IMG/VR virus record: IMGVR_UViG_3300009026_000007 | Coordinates: 1-64,000 of that record | Source: a virus | Reading direction: 5' to 3' (one strand) | Length of the DNA: 64,000 nt | In this document: piece after piece, positions 19,026-29,628 of the stretch | How positions within the stretch are numbered: the stretch's first letter is position 1 | How the letters are laid out: each line of letters starts with the position of its first letter | The notes under the pieces: model-generated | Databases searched by the model: none | Seen by the model: the letters and a program-made list of their open reading frames with translations, nothing else | What the model was told of the DNA's origin: nothing | Position numbers and translations under genes: made by a program

Positions 19026-20037
19026 AGGCTACTCCCAACTTATCCATCACATCATAAGCATTCAAGTTCTCACCCTCAAACCGTAGCATCCGGGCCATTA
19101 CAAACATCTCATTTAAGACATAATCCCAAGTAAGGTTGGTAGGGTCATTTCTCCACCCTAAAACAGTCTTTTCTTCGGGATAAAGGTACTGGAAAACCCC
19201 TTTAAGCTTCTCCCATGCCTCGTTGTCTGTCTTAGCTTCTACAAGGCTTTTGTAGGCTGATTTACCCGCCCACTTAATGTCTGAGAAGCAATTAGCTGCA
19301 TAGTTGTCAGAGGTGTCGTTTGAAGCTACTTGCCAATACAGGTGCATTCTGCCAATACCACGAACATCACCTTTGTCGTCTAACCACAAACTACCGAATT
19401 GATTACAATCTTGAATACCTTCATCTGGACGGTTGACGTTAAAGAACCTTACTGGAGCTGAATAATAGTCTTTATCGAGACCTTGAATTACAGCATTAGG
19501 GTTATTGTAAGCCTCAATCACACATCGGTCATCTGCCTCAATGCCTGTCACAATCTCAGCTTTAAACTTTCGTTCAAGATATTCTGTTACAGCATCCATA
19601 TGAAGAGGGCGTAACATATCCTTTCTGTTATCTTTGTACTTTTTAAGCGTAGATAGTTCAACACGAAAGCTATCACCTTTACCCAAGAATGCCTTGTATT
19701 TGTTTGTACCAAGTCGCTTTAGATCACCCTCAACTTGAGTCTTTGCAATCTGCAATACATGATCAATTGGTTCTGCAATCTGTTGATCTACAATCTCAAA
19801 CTCATCTACAGCAAAAGGACTATCTCTTTTAGAGTTTAGCTCACCAAGCCAACCACCTGTCTTAGCTTTGTCACGTCCGTAGAACTCTGTTCGTGTATTA
19901 AACTCTTTCTCACGTCCTGATGATTTGTGAGTGACGATGATAGAACGTTTTTCACCAACTGATGCAGAAGCATACTTTACGTAATCTAGGTCAATTATTG
20001 ATGTTAGTTTTGTCACTCCGTTCTCCCACTTAAACAA
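19018..20037 (-). CDS. 5'-3' exonuclease / RNase H (T7 gp6-like)
   Basis: IDLD, FR......YK.NR, EADD, DKD, D.SDNY motifs. Confidence 0.88.
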   Translation of the reverse strand: MFKWENGVTKLTSIIDLDYVKYASASVGEKRSIIVTHKSSGREKEFNTRTEFYGRDKAKTGGWLGELNSKRDSPFAVDEFEIVDQQIAEPIDHVLQIAKTQVEGDLKRLGTNKYKAFLGKGDSFRVELSTLKKYKDNRKDMLRPLHMDAVTEYLERKFKAEIVTGIEADDRCVIEAYNNPNAVIQGLDKDYYSAPVRFFNVNRPDEGIQDCNQFGSLWLDDKGDVRGIGRMHLYWQVASNDTSDNYAANCFSDIKWAGKSAYKSLVEAKTDNEAWEKLKGVFQYLYPEEKTVLGWRNDPTNLTWDYVLNEMFVMARMLRFEGENLNAYDVMDKLGVAYV

Positions 20038-20067
20038 AAGGGAGCAAAAAGCTCCCCTCAGTAAATC

Positions 20068-20340
20068 TTATTGATACTCACCAGAAAGCTCTTTGTAAAA
20101 TTCCAAGAATTCCTGATCCTTGACAATCTTCTCTTCTACTTTCTCTACATTGTTACGGACATATGTTTCAGCAGCTTTAAGGGTTGCTTTGACAATATCT
20201 TTCTTCAGGCCATTTACATTCTCATCTTTCTGGAAAGTAAATTCATCAGCAAGTGCTTCAAGGTCTTGTTCCAGAGTTACTACTTCGTTATACAGAGCTT
20301 TAGCTCTGGTGTAGAGTGCTTCTTTATTCAGTGCGGTCAT
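20068..20340 (-). CDS. Hypothetical coiled-coil protein
   Basis: ATG 20340 after AAGGAG; followed by terminator-like GGGGAGC..GCTCCC TTTT. Confidence 0.65.
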   Translation of the reverse strand: MTALNKEALYTRAKALYNEVVTLEQDLEALADEFTFQKDENVNGLKKDIVKATLKAAETYVRNNVEKVEEKIVKDQEFLEFYKELSGEYQ

Positions 20341-20845
20341 ATGTTTCTCCTTTGATTTGTTTGTCGGGATCACGTCCCAGTTCATTTAAGCGTTTGTGTT
20401 CTTTACCATGACAACTTGTACAGAGCCAAATAACATCGAACCAATGTTCGGGCAAATAAGACCAATGATGACCTTGTATTTCCTTTTCAGAAGTTCCGCA
20501 ATGTGCACAAGAATCTGGTCTTACTAAATCACCGTCCCTAAGCGCATTACTTATAGCATATTGGGCTTTACGTTTGTCTTGGTTTCTTTCAGCCCAAGCC
20601 CTTTTAGTCTCCTGAATCTTTTGCTTAAACTCAAGATCTTCAGAGTAATTCTTATTCACTCGTTGAATAGTCTGCTGGTTCCGTTCTTCTTTGTTTGGCC
20701 TGTTTCTGTCATATTCCTGATAATACGCTAACTTCTCTTGCCTATTACGTTTAGTCCGAGTCTTAACACACTCTTTACATTCAGACTTTATACCATTATA
20801 GAAAAGAGAAGGGTCTTTTTCAAGACCACAACTATTACACTTCAT
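20324..20845 (-). CDS. Zinc-binding HNH-like endonuclease
   Basis: CxxC...CxxC N-terminus; ALRDG.L.RP..C..CG...HH.SY.....V.WLC..CH..EH. Confidence 0.75.
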   Translation of the reverse strand: MKCNSCGLEKDPSLFYNGIKSECKECVKTRTKRNRQEKLAYYQEYDRNRPNKEERNQQTIQRVNKNYSEDLEFKQKIQETKRAWAERNQDKRKAQYAISNALRDGDLVRPDSCAHCGTSEKEIQGHHWSYLPEHWFDVIWLCTSCHGKEHKRLNELGRDPDKQIKGETYDRTE

Positions 20846-20860
20846 TTAAACTTTCTACTC

Positions 20861-21586
20861 CTAAAATGGGATTTCTGAATCAAAGCTGTCAAAGTCTTGT
20901 GCTGGTTGTGGAGCAGCTTTTGCTTTTGGCTTAGCTGCTGGAGTTGGAACTTCTTGTTCCTCTTCTTTTTCAGCAGGCTTAGCTTCAGTCTTCTTAACTT
21001 TGTAACTTACACCCAAAACATCATCATCTACCGAATCAGACGAACCTTTACCTTCATAAGCTACGTGCTCAATCACTTGAACAGTGTCCAGAGTCACAGT
21101 GAGTTGACCGTCCTGATTCTTGTACCCAAACAGCTTCAGGTTAACTACCGAGCCATTACCTACGTTCTCGGTGAATGCATTACCCTCGGTGTCAATCACG
21201 TTGACGTTCATGGGCAAACCTTTCTTTGAGAACTCAGGCTTGGCAATGTTAAAGCCCCACAGACCATCTACCAGATCATAATTTGCTTTACCTTCTTCAA
21301 CTTGCGAAGACAATGCGAATTTAATTTTTCGAGGTGGCTTACTGGTTTTTGTGATACCTACTTGGGAGAAGGACTTGTTAACCATCACTTCATCTAGCAA
21401 ACGATCCTTAGCTTCCTCATCCACAAAGACTGTTGCGCTGAATTCTTTGTCCACGCTTTGATATTTGAGCTTTGGTTCATGTACTGCTGCATAGAACACT
21501 ACAGCATTTTTAATGTATACGTTAGCCGTCTCTAGAGTGCCAGATTTAGGCAAGTCACGTACAATCACTTCAGTTTTGTTAGTCAT
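20861..21586 (-). CDS. Single-stranded DNA-binding protein (T7 gp2.5-like)
   Basis: ENVGNGSV...VQVIEHV.Y motif, acidic tail ending FDSEIPF. Confidence 0.8.
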   Translation of the reverse strand: MTNKTEVIVRDLPKSGTLETANVYIKNAVVFYAAVHEPKLKYQSVDKEFSATVFVDEEAKDRLLDEVMVNKSFSQVGITKTSKPPRKIKFALSSQVEEGKANYDLVDGLWGFNIAKPEFSKKGLPMNVNVIDTEGNAFTENVGNGSVVNLKLFGYKNQDGQLTVTLDTVQVIEHVAYEGKGSSDSVDDDVLGVSYKVKKTEAKPAEKEEEQEVPTPAAKPKAKAAPQPAQDFDSFDSEIPF

Positions 21587-21671
21587 TTATTTCTCTCTAT
21601 TAGTCGTGTATTTTATATGTTCACATTGTTGTGAGATATATGTTGCAACATCCTATCACTAGGAATTCTTC

Positions 21672-21983
21672 TTAGTGCCATTGTTCAAAAGATTCTACTT
21701 CGGCATCATCACCAGTAATCTCTTTAAACTTAGCAATCAATCCATCAAAATCTTTATAACTAAAGGGATGAGTCTCAAACCCTACGTAGTATCCTTGAGC
21801 TGAATAGTAACTAACAGCTTGAACTTGCAGAGGACAGCTAACCTCTTGCATAGCGTATTCAAAATCACCGTCATATTTATCATCAAGATCACCATCTTGA
21901 AGGATACCCTTCTTTACAAGATATGCTTCAGCATCATCTGCATAAACACCAACATAAGTCATCGAACTAACATCTACGCCCAT
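21672..21983 (-). CDS. Hypothetical protein
   Basis: ORF with AAGGAGAG SD. Confidence 0.65.
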   Translation of the reverse strand: MGVDVSSMTYVGVYADDAEAYLVKKGILQDGDLDDKYDGDFEYAMQEVSCPLQVQAVSYYSAQGYYVGFETHPFSYKDFDGLIAKFKEITGDDAEVESFEQWH

Positions 21984-21997
21984 AATACTCTCCTTAA

Positions 21998-22234
21998 TTA
22001 ATGTTTCGTTGGCTCAGTTTTCTTCTTCCCAACAGAAATATCTACAATCTCTGCCTGCTGTTCTTCCCCTGGAATCTCCCCAAGTCCACCAAAGATATCC
22101 ATCAGAGAATCTTTCAGTTGTTTACTTTGCAGGTTACGCCAAGAGATATAATCTTGGAAGTCACTGAATTCATATTCAACTGTGGAGGATAATCCTTGTG
22201 ACTGAGATGTTTCAGTGATCTTGATTGAGCCCAT
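21998..22234 (-). CDS. Hypothetical protein
   Basis: ORF in packed operon. Confidence 0.6.
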   Translation of the reverse strand: MGSIKITETSQSQGLSSTVEYEFSDFQDYISWRNLQSKQLKDSLMDIFGGLGEIPGEEQQAEIVDISVGKKKTEPTKH

Positions 22235-22237
22235 GAT

Positions 22238-22402
22238 TCAGCGTACTACCTTAGTCTGTACACATTGCACAATCTGGAAAGTATTACCAGAGTTATAACT
22301 TTCAAACTCCCGTTTAATTTCACGGGCATGTTCTCGTGTAGTGGTTGCTTCAAGAGTCAGACCAGTTGCTTTCTCGATTACTGCGTAGGTATATTTGCTC
22401 AT
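22238..22402 (-). CDS. Small hypothetical protein (54 aa)
   Basis: Unlisted ORF MSKYTYAVIEKATG... with GAGGAG SD. Confidence 0.6.
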   Translation of the reverse strand: MSKYTYAVIEKATGLTLEATTTREHAREIKREFESYNSGNTFQIVQCVQTKVVR

Positions 22403-22413
22403 TTTGTTTCTCC

Positions 22414-22659
22414 TCAGTGGTTATTGACATAAAATTTAATTGCTTCAAGAATGAATTCAGCATTCTCTTTACTACTTTCATCCAGTGGTACAAAAAATAG
22501 CTGACCACCTGTATCGCCAACACTCACAGTTTCAAATGTGAACAATTCAGGATTGATTTCTTTAACCCATGATTCATGATCTGTCTGTGGGATAGCTTCA
22601 TACTTCCCAACTCGTGGCGCGATAGAAGCTCCCGACATTCGTTCTGCTGACCAATTCAT
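22414..22659 (-). CDS. Hypothetical protein
   Basis: ORF with AAGGAGAGG SD. Confidence 0.6.
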   Translation of the reverse strand: MNWSAERMSGASIAPRVGKYEAIPQTDHESWVKEINPELFTFETVSVGDTGGQLFFVPLDESSKENAEFILEAIKFYVNNH

Positions 22660-22740
22660 AATTCCTCTCCTTCATTCAGCTTGATATTTAATTTACACGT
22701 ATATTATCGCATGATAAGAGTGTTGTGTAAAGCTTTTATT

Positions 22741-24894
22741 TTAGTGAATTTCAGAATATCTGTAACCTACCTGTGTGTCACAGCCAAGGTTTCGTCTTAC
22801 CTTAAATGTCACGTTCACCTTATCAATAGCATCTGTAATGATTTGTGCAAACTCATCTTGAAATTTATCTGTGTCTTTTACACACAAAATGCACTCATCG
22901 TGAAATGAGCCTGTCAAGGTTTTCTTGCCATATCGCTTTTCAGTCTCTGTCAGAATGTTATCAACCCACACATCAAAGAAATAGGAGCCTGTGCCCTGTG
23001 CTAATGTTGAAAACCTGTCAGCCTCAGAACGTAGAGCATAACACATACCGTTGATAGGGTTGATCAACCACTTACGTCCACGACTATCCTTAATCACAAC
23101 TTGCTCATCTGCAATAGCTTTTACAGACCAATTCAGTTTCCAGTAAGCCTCATGCAGAGTTTTACCTTTTTTAAGGTCTACACCTGCTGCCTGTGCAATC
23201 TTAGCTGGTCCAGCATTATATACAGATGCATAGTTTGTTGTTTTACCATCCTTACGACCTTTCTTAACGTGGGCCGGATGATGACCTTTAGGGTCTGCTT
23301 TGAAAGCTTCAAACTCTTTTTGAGTAACCATCCCCGCAGTGAGGGCCATCAAAATGTGAGCGTCATAATCTGGTGCCTGCATTGTAGCAACATACTCAGG
23401 GTCATGTGGAAGCATGAACATGTGTTTTACACGATCTTCCACGCCTTTGAGGTCAGAACCCAATAAAACCTTACCTTTACCTGCCACTAAACCTCCACGA
23501 ATCAGTTCACCATGTGGCTTGTCCACTCCAGGCAAATTTACAATTTCACGATGCATCACCCTTAAGGTATTAGTAAAGCCCCCAATACGCGCTTGCAGCC
23601 ACTTACCGTCTTTAAGGTCACGGATAAATCCCTTGATAACCCCTAAGCGGTGTTTAGCTACGTTATACTCTGCATACTTACGAATGGCAGGTACTTCTTC
23701 AGCCAATTCAAGTACAGACTCACATAGTTCTTTACCGTCATCCCCACCAACACTAATCTGAGGAATAGCCCGCTCTTCAGGTTTACCGTTCTTCCATTCA
23801 GTCCATTTACTATTATGGCTGCCTTCCTTCGGCTTTCTGTCAATCCATGCATTAAAGGCTTCTTCATCTTTCTCATAACGGAACGAAGTTGGAACCCAAC
23901 CATGCGAATAAAGTAGAGCTTTCACTTGGGCTGGTGATGATGCCTTTGGTTCCTCATAACCGTTTAATACCTTGAAAACTCCCTTAACTTCTGTGCTTTC
24001 AACCTTAAGAGTGCCGTACTCATCCACCTCTTTAGCATTGTATACATCCATAAGGGCGTTCCACTTAATTCCATAAGAATTTAAGGTGGTATCCTTCTTA
24101 TACATCTTCTTTGGAGCTTCTTTCTTTACATACTGAGGAACCTTTGGCATTACAGCCTCAAGCGCTACAGTTGTCTCATTCACAATAGATTCCAGTTTCT
24201 TTTCAGATTCCAGAAGCAGTTCTGTATCAACTTCCCAACGTGTTTTCTCTTGAAGACGTGCACAGTCCATCTTGAACATCAGGAATGTCAGAAGACGGTT
24301 AATATGTTCTTCTACAGACAAACCTTTTAACTCATCAATAGCCAGCACTTCATCATCAGAGATACGTTTGCCACCAACAGCCCCTGCATCAATTTCTGTC
24401 TTGGCTGTTGTGTAAAGTTCAATCATCCGTCGCTTAAGATCCTTCCACAAAGCTTGGTTAATCTTGACATCCTCGATTACCCGATTTTGGTACACTTCAT
24501 AAGGTTGCTCAGACCAATCGTCTACAGGAGGTTTTTCAATTCCATAATCTTCGTGGAATGTCCCAAGACCGTGGGCTTTACGTTCTGGATTGAGATACCA
24601 ACTCAAAGCCAATGTATCAATCAACATAAGCTTTGACAAATCTACACCAAACAGTTTTTCCATCAAAGATACGTCAAATGAGATACCGTTGTGCATAACA
24701 ATTGGTGTTTCGTTGTCAATGTGCCACTGAAAGAATTTAACAATCCTCTGTGATTCATCAGAACCTCGGAAAGTAAGAATATCTTTCATATCCATTTGAA
24801 AGCCAAGAACATGTAGCTTGGTAGCCTTATCAAGAAGGTTATCACTTTCCAAGTCAGCTACTGTTGCTTTCTTCCAATTGTAAATATTTTTCAA
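22741..24894 (-). CDS. polA: Family A DNA polymerase with 3'-5' exonuclease
   Basis: DLE, HNGISFD exo motifs; GSDLKGVEDR (A), RKDGKTTNYA (B; Tyr at the E. coli 762-equivalent position), FHDE (C); probable TTG start at 24894 after AGGAGA. Confidence 0.95.
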   Translation of the reverse strand: MKNIYNWKKATVADLESDNLLDKATKLHVLGFQMDMKDILTFRGSDESQRIVKFFQWHIDNETPIVMHNGISFDVSLMEKLFGVDLSKLMLIDTLALSWYLNPERKAHGLGTFHEDYGIEKPPVDDWSEQPYEVYQNRVIEDVKINQALWKDLKRRMIELYTTAKTEIDAGAVGGKRISDDEVLAIDELKGLSVEEHINRLLTFLMFKMDCARLQEKTRWEVDTELLLESEKKLESIVNETTVALEAVMPKVPQYVKKEAPKKMYKKDTTLNSYGIKWNALMDVYNAKEVDEYGTLKVESTEVKGVFKVLNGYEEPKASSPAQVKALLYSHGWVPTSFRYEKDEEAFNAWIDRKPKEGSHNSKWTEWKNGKPEERAIPQISVGGDDGKELCESVLELAEEVPAIRKYAEYNVAKHRLGVIKGFIRDLKDGKWLQARIGGFTNTLRVMHREIVNLPGVDKPHGELIRGGLVAGKGKVLLGSDLKGVEDRVKHMFMLPHDPEYVATMQAPDYDAHILMALTAGMVTQKEFEAFKADPKGHHPAHVKKGRKDGKTTNYASVYNAGPAKIAQAAGVDLKKGKTLHEAYWKLNWSVKAIADEQVVIKDSRGRKWLINPINGMCYALRSEADRFSTLAQGTGSYFFDVWVDNILTETEKRYGKKTLTGSFHDECILCVKDTDKFQDEFAQIITDAIDKVNVTFKVRRNLGCDTQVGYRYSEIH

Positions 24895-24905
24895 ACCATA
24901 TCTCC

Positions 24906-26624
24906 TTAAAGTGAATCTCCTTCCCATTCATACTGAAGGAGCAAACCTGTACTTTGTTGATACTGAGTCTTAAACTTGTCTTCGCCGCCAAACATTCGAT
25001 TCTTAATACAACTAATAAAGCTGTTTGCCTTAAGATCGCCAAGGGCATGCTTGTTACGTTGAAAACCCATTAGCAACGGGAATGCACGCATAATACCACG
25101 ACTACCTGTGAATTGTGAAGCAAATACTTCACCACCATTTTCGTGGTCCCGTGTGTCCTTTCCTTTTGGTGGGTTCAAGTGACTGTATACACCAATGTGA
25201 ATATCAAGCTCTGCTGCAAGGTTGGCAATCTCAGACGACCATTTGTTGATGAACTCGTTAGCTTCTGCACTTGACAAGTGATCGACAAGACGTGTCATGT
25301 TGTCGATCTCAACAAAGCGTACACCATACTCCATAGCATTATATCGAATAGCTTTTACAATCTCTTCAATATCAAAGCGGTTCTGTGCAGCTTGTCCATC
25401 GCTCTCCCAAAGAAATAGCTTGCCTTCAAGGCTATAGGCTGTCTCTAGATATTGTTCTCGGTTTTCTTGATGAATGCTTGGTACATGATAAGGTACACCA
25501 TCAATCTTACCAGCAATATTGTACAAGGTTGAACGGTTAGGTTCCTCCAACAACACAGAAAACACTTTCTCTTTGTGTTCAATAATGTTGTGTGCAGACT
25601 TCATATGTGATAACAGAGTTTTACCTAGGCCAACACCAGCACCAGTACACGTAGCTTCACCCATTCGCTGAGTGCAGTTCATATCTGTCAGTGCTTGCCA
25701 AGGATAGGCAAAACCTGGAGTAGGTGGTGTGTCATCACGGGACAGTACAGTACTTACCCCAACAACGCCCTCTGAAGTTGGCTTAGCACTTTTCCAAATA
25801 CAGAAGTCTGCAAACAAATCCCCATCACCCTTCAACAAAGCTTCGTTAGCATCCTTAGCGTTTGTTGGGTATGTAGCAACTTTAATGTCTGGAATAATCT
25901 TCTGTACATCTTTTACAGCCTTTTTGCCAGCCTCATCGTTATCAAATACCAAAACTATTTCAGTAAAGAATTTGTCAATCTCTTTACGCATACGGCCAAG
26001 GGTAGTTACAGCACTGCCTACACCATGTGGCAAACTTGTTACCGCAAACTTGTTATACTGGTTATTACGTTTCTTGGCATGCGCTTCTAGCATCATCTCA
26101 AGGGCTCGTGAGTCAAACTCTCCCTCTGTAATATACAATCTTGGCTTTGGTCCATTAGCAGATTTCTTTGCAATCTCCCAGTTAAAAAGATCAGCACCTT
26201 TAATATCACCATGTGACCACATAGCTTTCTTATCAAGCATGATAGATTTATAGCCAAGAAGTTTTCCCTCAAGTGTGTAAGGGAAATTCAAGGTAAAAGG
26301 TGTTTTACCGTCATACTCACTGTACGCAAGTTTTACACCAGCTTTAGCAAAGTAAGTTGGATCAATACCTCGGTGTACAAAAGTAGGAGATTTTAGGTTA
26401 CGAATCTCTTGTACTTCTTCGTAAATTTCGTCTTCTGACTTACGTACTGGTGGCTTAGGTTTAGCTCCGTTGTAAGGGTCTAGGACATAAGCTTCCAATC
26501 CTTTTGAAGCACAACTGAAACAGTAACCAGTGAATAGGTTCTTCCCGTCATCATAGAATACTTGCAAACCTTTATCAGATGTGCAGTGTGGTACATCATG
26601 TTTAATTCGTTCTACGCAGCTCAA
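24906..26624 (-). CDS. DNA primase-helicase (T7 gp4-like)
   Basis: N-terminal Zn finger, TOPRIM ITEGEFD / FDNDEAG / KDANE, Walker A GAGVGLGKT, SHL, GSR. Confidence 0.93.
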   Translation of the reverse strand: MSCVERIKHDVPHCTSDKGLQVFYDDGKNLFTGYCFSCASKGLEAYVLDPYNGAKPKPPVRKSEDEIYEEVQEIRNLKSPTFVHRGIDPTYFAKAGVKLAYSEYDGKTPFTLNFPYTLEGKLLGYKSIMLDKKAMWSHGDIKGADLFNWEIAKKSANGPKPRLYITEGEFDSRALEMMLEAHAKKRNNQYNKFAVTSLPHGVGSAVTTLGRMRKEIDKFFTEIVLVFDNDEAGKKAVKDVQKIIPDIKVATYPTNAKDANEALLKGDGDLFADFCIWKSAKPTSEGVVGVSTVLSRDDTPPTPGFAYPWQALTDMNCTQRMGEATCTGAGVGLGKTLLSHMKSAHNIIEHKEKVFSVLLEEPNRSTLYNIAGKIDGVPYHVPSIHQENREQYLETAYSLEGKLFLWESDGQAAQNRFDIEEIVKAIRYNAMEYGVRFVEIDNMTRLVDHLSSAEANEFINKWSSEIANLAAELDIHIGVYSHLNPPKGKDTRDHENGGEVFASQFTGSRGIMRAFPLLMGFQRNKHALGDLKANSFISCIKNRMFGGEDKFKTQYQQSTGLLLQYEWEGDSL

Positions 26625-26659
26625 ATCATCTCTCCCATAATCTCTAATCCCACCTTAAT

Positions 26660-26914
26660 TCAAATGCTTTCAAGAATAGCTAATGCTTCCTTAACACGCT
26701 CACGTACATTCTCAAGAGTGTCTTCTGCATCTTGCCCTTCCTCAATAGCCCTGTCTAATTCCTCTTGACTATACATACCCTCCATAATCTTACTGACAAA
26801 CTCAGTCAAATCCATATTCCCACAAAACAGAATACCAGAATTAGAGAAACTTAGCAACTCATCTTTGGAATAAATGTTTAGGTTAATTTGTGAGATGTCA
26901 ATCATTTTCTTCAT
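26660..26914 (-). CDS. Hypothetical protein
   Basis: ORF in packed operon. Confidence 0.6.
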   Translation of the reverse strand: MKKMIDISQINLNIYSKDELLSFSNSGILFCGNMDLTEFVSKIMEGMYSQEELDRAIEEGQDAEDTLENVRERVKEALAILESI

Positions 26915-27296
26915 ACCAACTCATAGCCTGTTCAAACAATTTCTCTGCATCATAGAATATAGACCCAGCTTCGTCAACACTGTCAATCGAATTGTAATAA
27001 CTGTCACCATCATGATTGTAATCCCAACCAAGCTGATAGTTGCATACTTCACCAGTCTTGAAAGCGATATGAGCATTAAAATAACTCACATAGCTGTGAC
27101 AATCAAAGTGTGGTTGATCCCACATTGTACCATCTCGATTGAATCGTGCAAATGCTGGATGTTTAGGATAGATGTATAGGTAGACACACCACTTGTTCTC
27201 ACCAACATAGCCAATGTGTTTAGTCACAGACACTAGAAAGTTCTTACCCTCTTTCTTCCACTCTTGCTTTGGTTTCCATCCTTCTAGATTTGCCAT
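26898..27296 (-). CDS. Hypothetical protein
   Basis: ATG 27296 after GAGGAGAG; LGWDYNH..D motif. Confidence 0.65.
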   Translation of the reverse strand: MANLEGWKPKQEWKKEGKNFLVSVTKHIGYVGENKWCVYLYIYPKHPAFARFNRDGTMWDQPHFDCHSYVSYFNAHIAFKTGEVCNYQLGWDYNHDGDSYYNSIDSVDEAGSIFYDAEKLFEQAMSWYEEND

Positions 27297-27358
27297 CACA
27301 TCTCTCCTCATCAATTAATTTCAATACGATAAAATAATACTCGTAAAATTCTGTGCAG

Positions 27359-27773
27359 TCAAGGCATTTTGATTTCAAGACCGTTGTCTGTCAGGTAGTA
27401 CATTGTAGGCTCATCGTCCTCTTCATAAAGTTCATAGCCAATGAATTGTTTATCTGAATTCTTCTCAGCATATGGAGCAACCCAGTCAAAGAAAGATTCA
27501 ATTTCACCCTCGTAATTTTTAAGATCACTCCGGTTCAACAGAAACCATTGCTTTGTAATATCATCATACCAGAATTTACCCACACATCGGCATATGATAG
27601 AATGAGCTGCAACGTAGCATAAAGTACCAGCGACCTTTTGTGAATAATTCATGATCCGGTAATGTTTCAGGGGCTTCTTTCTCACCCATCATTGCAGCAA
27701 TTGTGTCAATTACGCTTTGTGGAGTCTCTGGTTTAAAGCTAATTTTTACATAGATTTCTGTGTACATGCCCAT
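27359..27773 (-). pseudogene. Frameshifted phage protein (MGMYTE... family)
   Basis: ORFs 27576-27773 and 27359-27685 read as one protein (..SSFYHMP / VGKFWYDD..RSDLKNYEGEIESFFDWVAPY) with a frame change at ATGTGTGGGTAAA near 27580. Confidence 0.65.
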
Positions 27774-27807
27774 ATTGTCTCTCCCACCTATTGATTAACG
27801 TAGACCA

Positions 27808-27836
27808 AGATTACACCCCATCCTCAGACCTGTCAA
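27808..27836 (-). promoter_or_regulatory. sigma70-type promoter (leftward, replication operon)
   Basis: TTGACA-17-TAATCT. Confidence 0.7.
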
Positions 27837-27871
27837 GCTTCTTATGCAAAATAATTTCTCTAAATTTCCTC

Positions 27872-27900
27872 TTGACTCCTGTGGATTTGTTGGATAGGAT
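27872..27900 (+). promoter_or_regulatory. sigma70-type promoter (rightward, divergent)
   Basis: TTGACT-17-TAGGAT. Confidence 0.65.
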
Positions 27901-27935
27901 GAGGGCTGTTGGATAAATTGATGAGGAGAAAGGCC

Positions 27936-28085
27936 ATGAACATTACAACCGAGCAAGCTAAAGAAATTCTAGAGCTTTTGTCATACGTAGCTGATGAGGT
28001 TTGGGGTAAAACTCGCAAAGAGCTAGAACTACGTACAGCTAAGATTGAACATGTAATTAAAGAAGGCTTGGAGGATGAGAAATGA
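27936..28085 (+). CDS. Small hypothetical protein (49 aa)
   Basis: Unlisted ORF MNITTEQAKEILELLSYV... with GAGGAG SD, ATGA overlap with next gene. Confidence 0.6.
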   Translation: MNITTEQAKEILELLSYVADEVWGKTRKELELRTAKIEHVIKEGLEDEK

Positions 28086-28315
28086 CACCAACATTTGATT
28101 CGGAACACTATAACGAAGACTTGACACCAAAGAAGTGTTATGAATGTGGTTGTACGACTTTCCACAAGAAAGTGATAGACACCCTAGACGGACACGTTAT
28201 GGCTTTCAAGCTTTCGTGCTTGGACTGTGGTATTTTGCTACAATATTGGGATACAGGACATTACGATCCAGAAATGGCTTGGTTGTCTAATGGTAGTAAG
28301 GAGTTTGGTAGATGA
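28082..28315 (+). CDS. Zinc-ribbon protein
   Basis: CYECG...CLDCG. Confidence 0.6.
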   Translation: MTPTFDSEHYNEDLTPKKCYECGCTTFHKKVIDTLDGHVMAFKLSCLDCGILLQYWDTGHYDPEMAWLSNGSKEFGR

Positions 28316-29628
28316 AAAAGAAATTCAAAATCATTGACGCGGGCTCTGGCGAGAAATTCAAGCTTAAAGATGGGCAAATGCTTGTCATGAATAATCAAGG
28401 AGTGTTCTTCTTGGTTGGTAATTTTAGAGATTATGACACTTATGTGCATAGGCTGTCTGATGTGTGTCCTAAGTATGAGGTGATTTGGAATGAATAATCT
28501 TAAAGCATACACGGTGCATCACTTAGTTGGTAAAGGTTCGTGGCAACGTGAGGACACATCTGTTATCATTGCTTCGTCCAAATATGAAGCCAGCACCTTT
28601 GTAGAGGGAACTGTACTGAATGTTTATGATGGCAGAAGCTTACGTAAAGGCGAGTGCCTAAGTCATTCCAGTTGGAGCCTAGATGGATGGGCTAACAAGA
28701 AGACTCCACAAGTGAGTGAAGAGTGGAGACAATATTTGATTCGTAGGCATTTTGATGATGGGATTGAGGATTAAATTGATGATGAGATTTTTATGAAACT
28801 TAGTGCTTGGGTTATGCAAGATCACTGTTCTCTGCGGTATGTGTTGGGCACAGACAAGGAAGCTATTGGTAATCGAGTAGCTTTTATTGAGAAGACTCCA
28901 CGTGTACGTGTTGCTGAGTTTAATGGTAATTGGGCAGAGGATCAGAATAATTGGTTACAAGGTCCAAAAGGCTGTGCTCCAGAATACGGGCAGTATCAAC
29001 CTAGCAGAGATTGGTGTGATATGCAATTGATTGAAATGGGCTACATTTTGACGGAAGAAGAATAAATGAACGTTAAAGAACTTAAAGAGTTTCTAGAAAA
29101 TTTGCCAGATGATGCTGAATGTTTGGCTTATGAAAGTCATTGCACCTATACAGGTAAAATTTACTATGAGGAATTGAGTGTTGGTTATGACAAAGAACAC
29201 AAGGAGGTTAAATTTTCATGATTGAAGCAATCGTAGAAGTATGGTGTTCACCTCTTCGCCAAGAAGATTATTCTGTAAAGATCATCCCGCTTTGTGCTGG
29301 AGATTTGTTCAACGTAGAGGATGACATTAGAGACTATATAAATTGGGATTTCTACCTGAATACTTTTGGTGTGGATTATCTTGAGGTTAAAGGATTGTGG
29401 AAGGTTGTCTTTAAGATTTCTGTAAGCTATTCAACTTACTACACCTATGATGGCCCTGATGATGACGTAGATATTGGGCAAGAAGTTTTGTTCAAAGGTC
29501 AGTGTCAAGAGTGGTCTGAAATGAAATACATTTGGCTTGAGTTGAACGGTAAGATTGATGAGTATTTCAAGAAGCCTTGGAAGAAACACTTAGGCTTATA
29601 TCAAGATAATTTGTTAGTTAGTGATTGA
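28312..29628 (+). other. Run of small hypothetical CDSs (28312-28497, 28490-28774, 28793-29065, 29066-29221, 29218-29628)
   Basis: Co-oriented, abutting or overlapping ORFs with SD sequences. Confidence 0.6.

Noticed and set aside
9541-26253. Antisense/shadow ORFs in the replication block (e.g. 10228-10632, 23101-23466, 25729-26253)
   Set aside because: They lie opposite well-supported genes and show no recognisable motifs.
9292-26624. Inteins or introns in nrdA, DNA polymerase or primase-helicase
   Set aside because: All are continuous and of compact length, with no intein C-terminal HN-C/S/T junctions seen.
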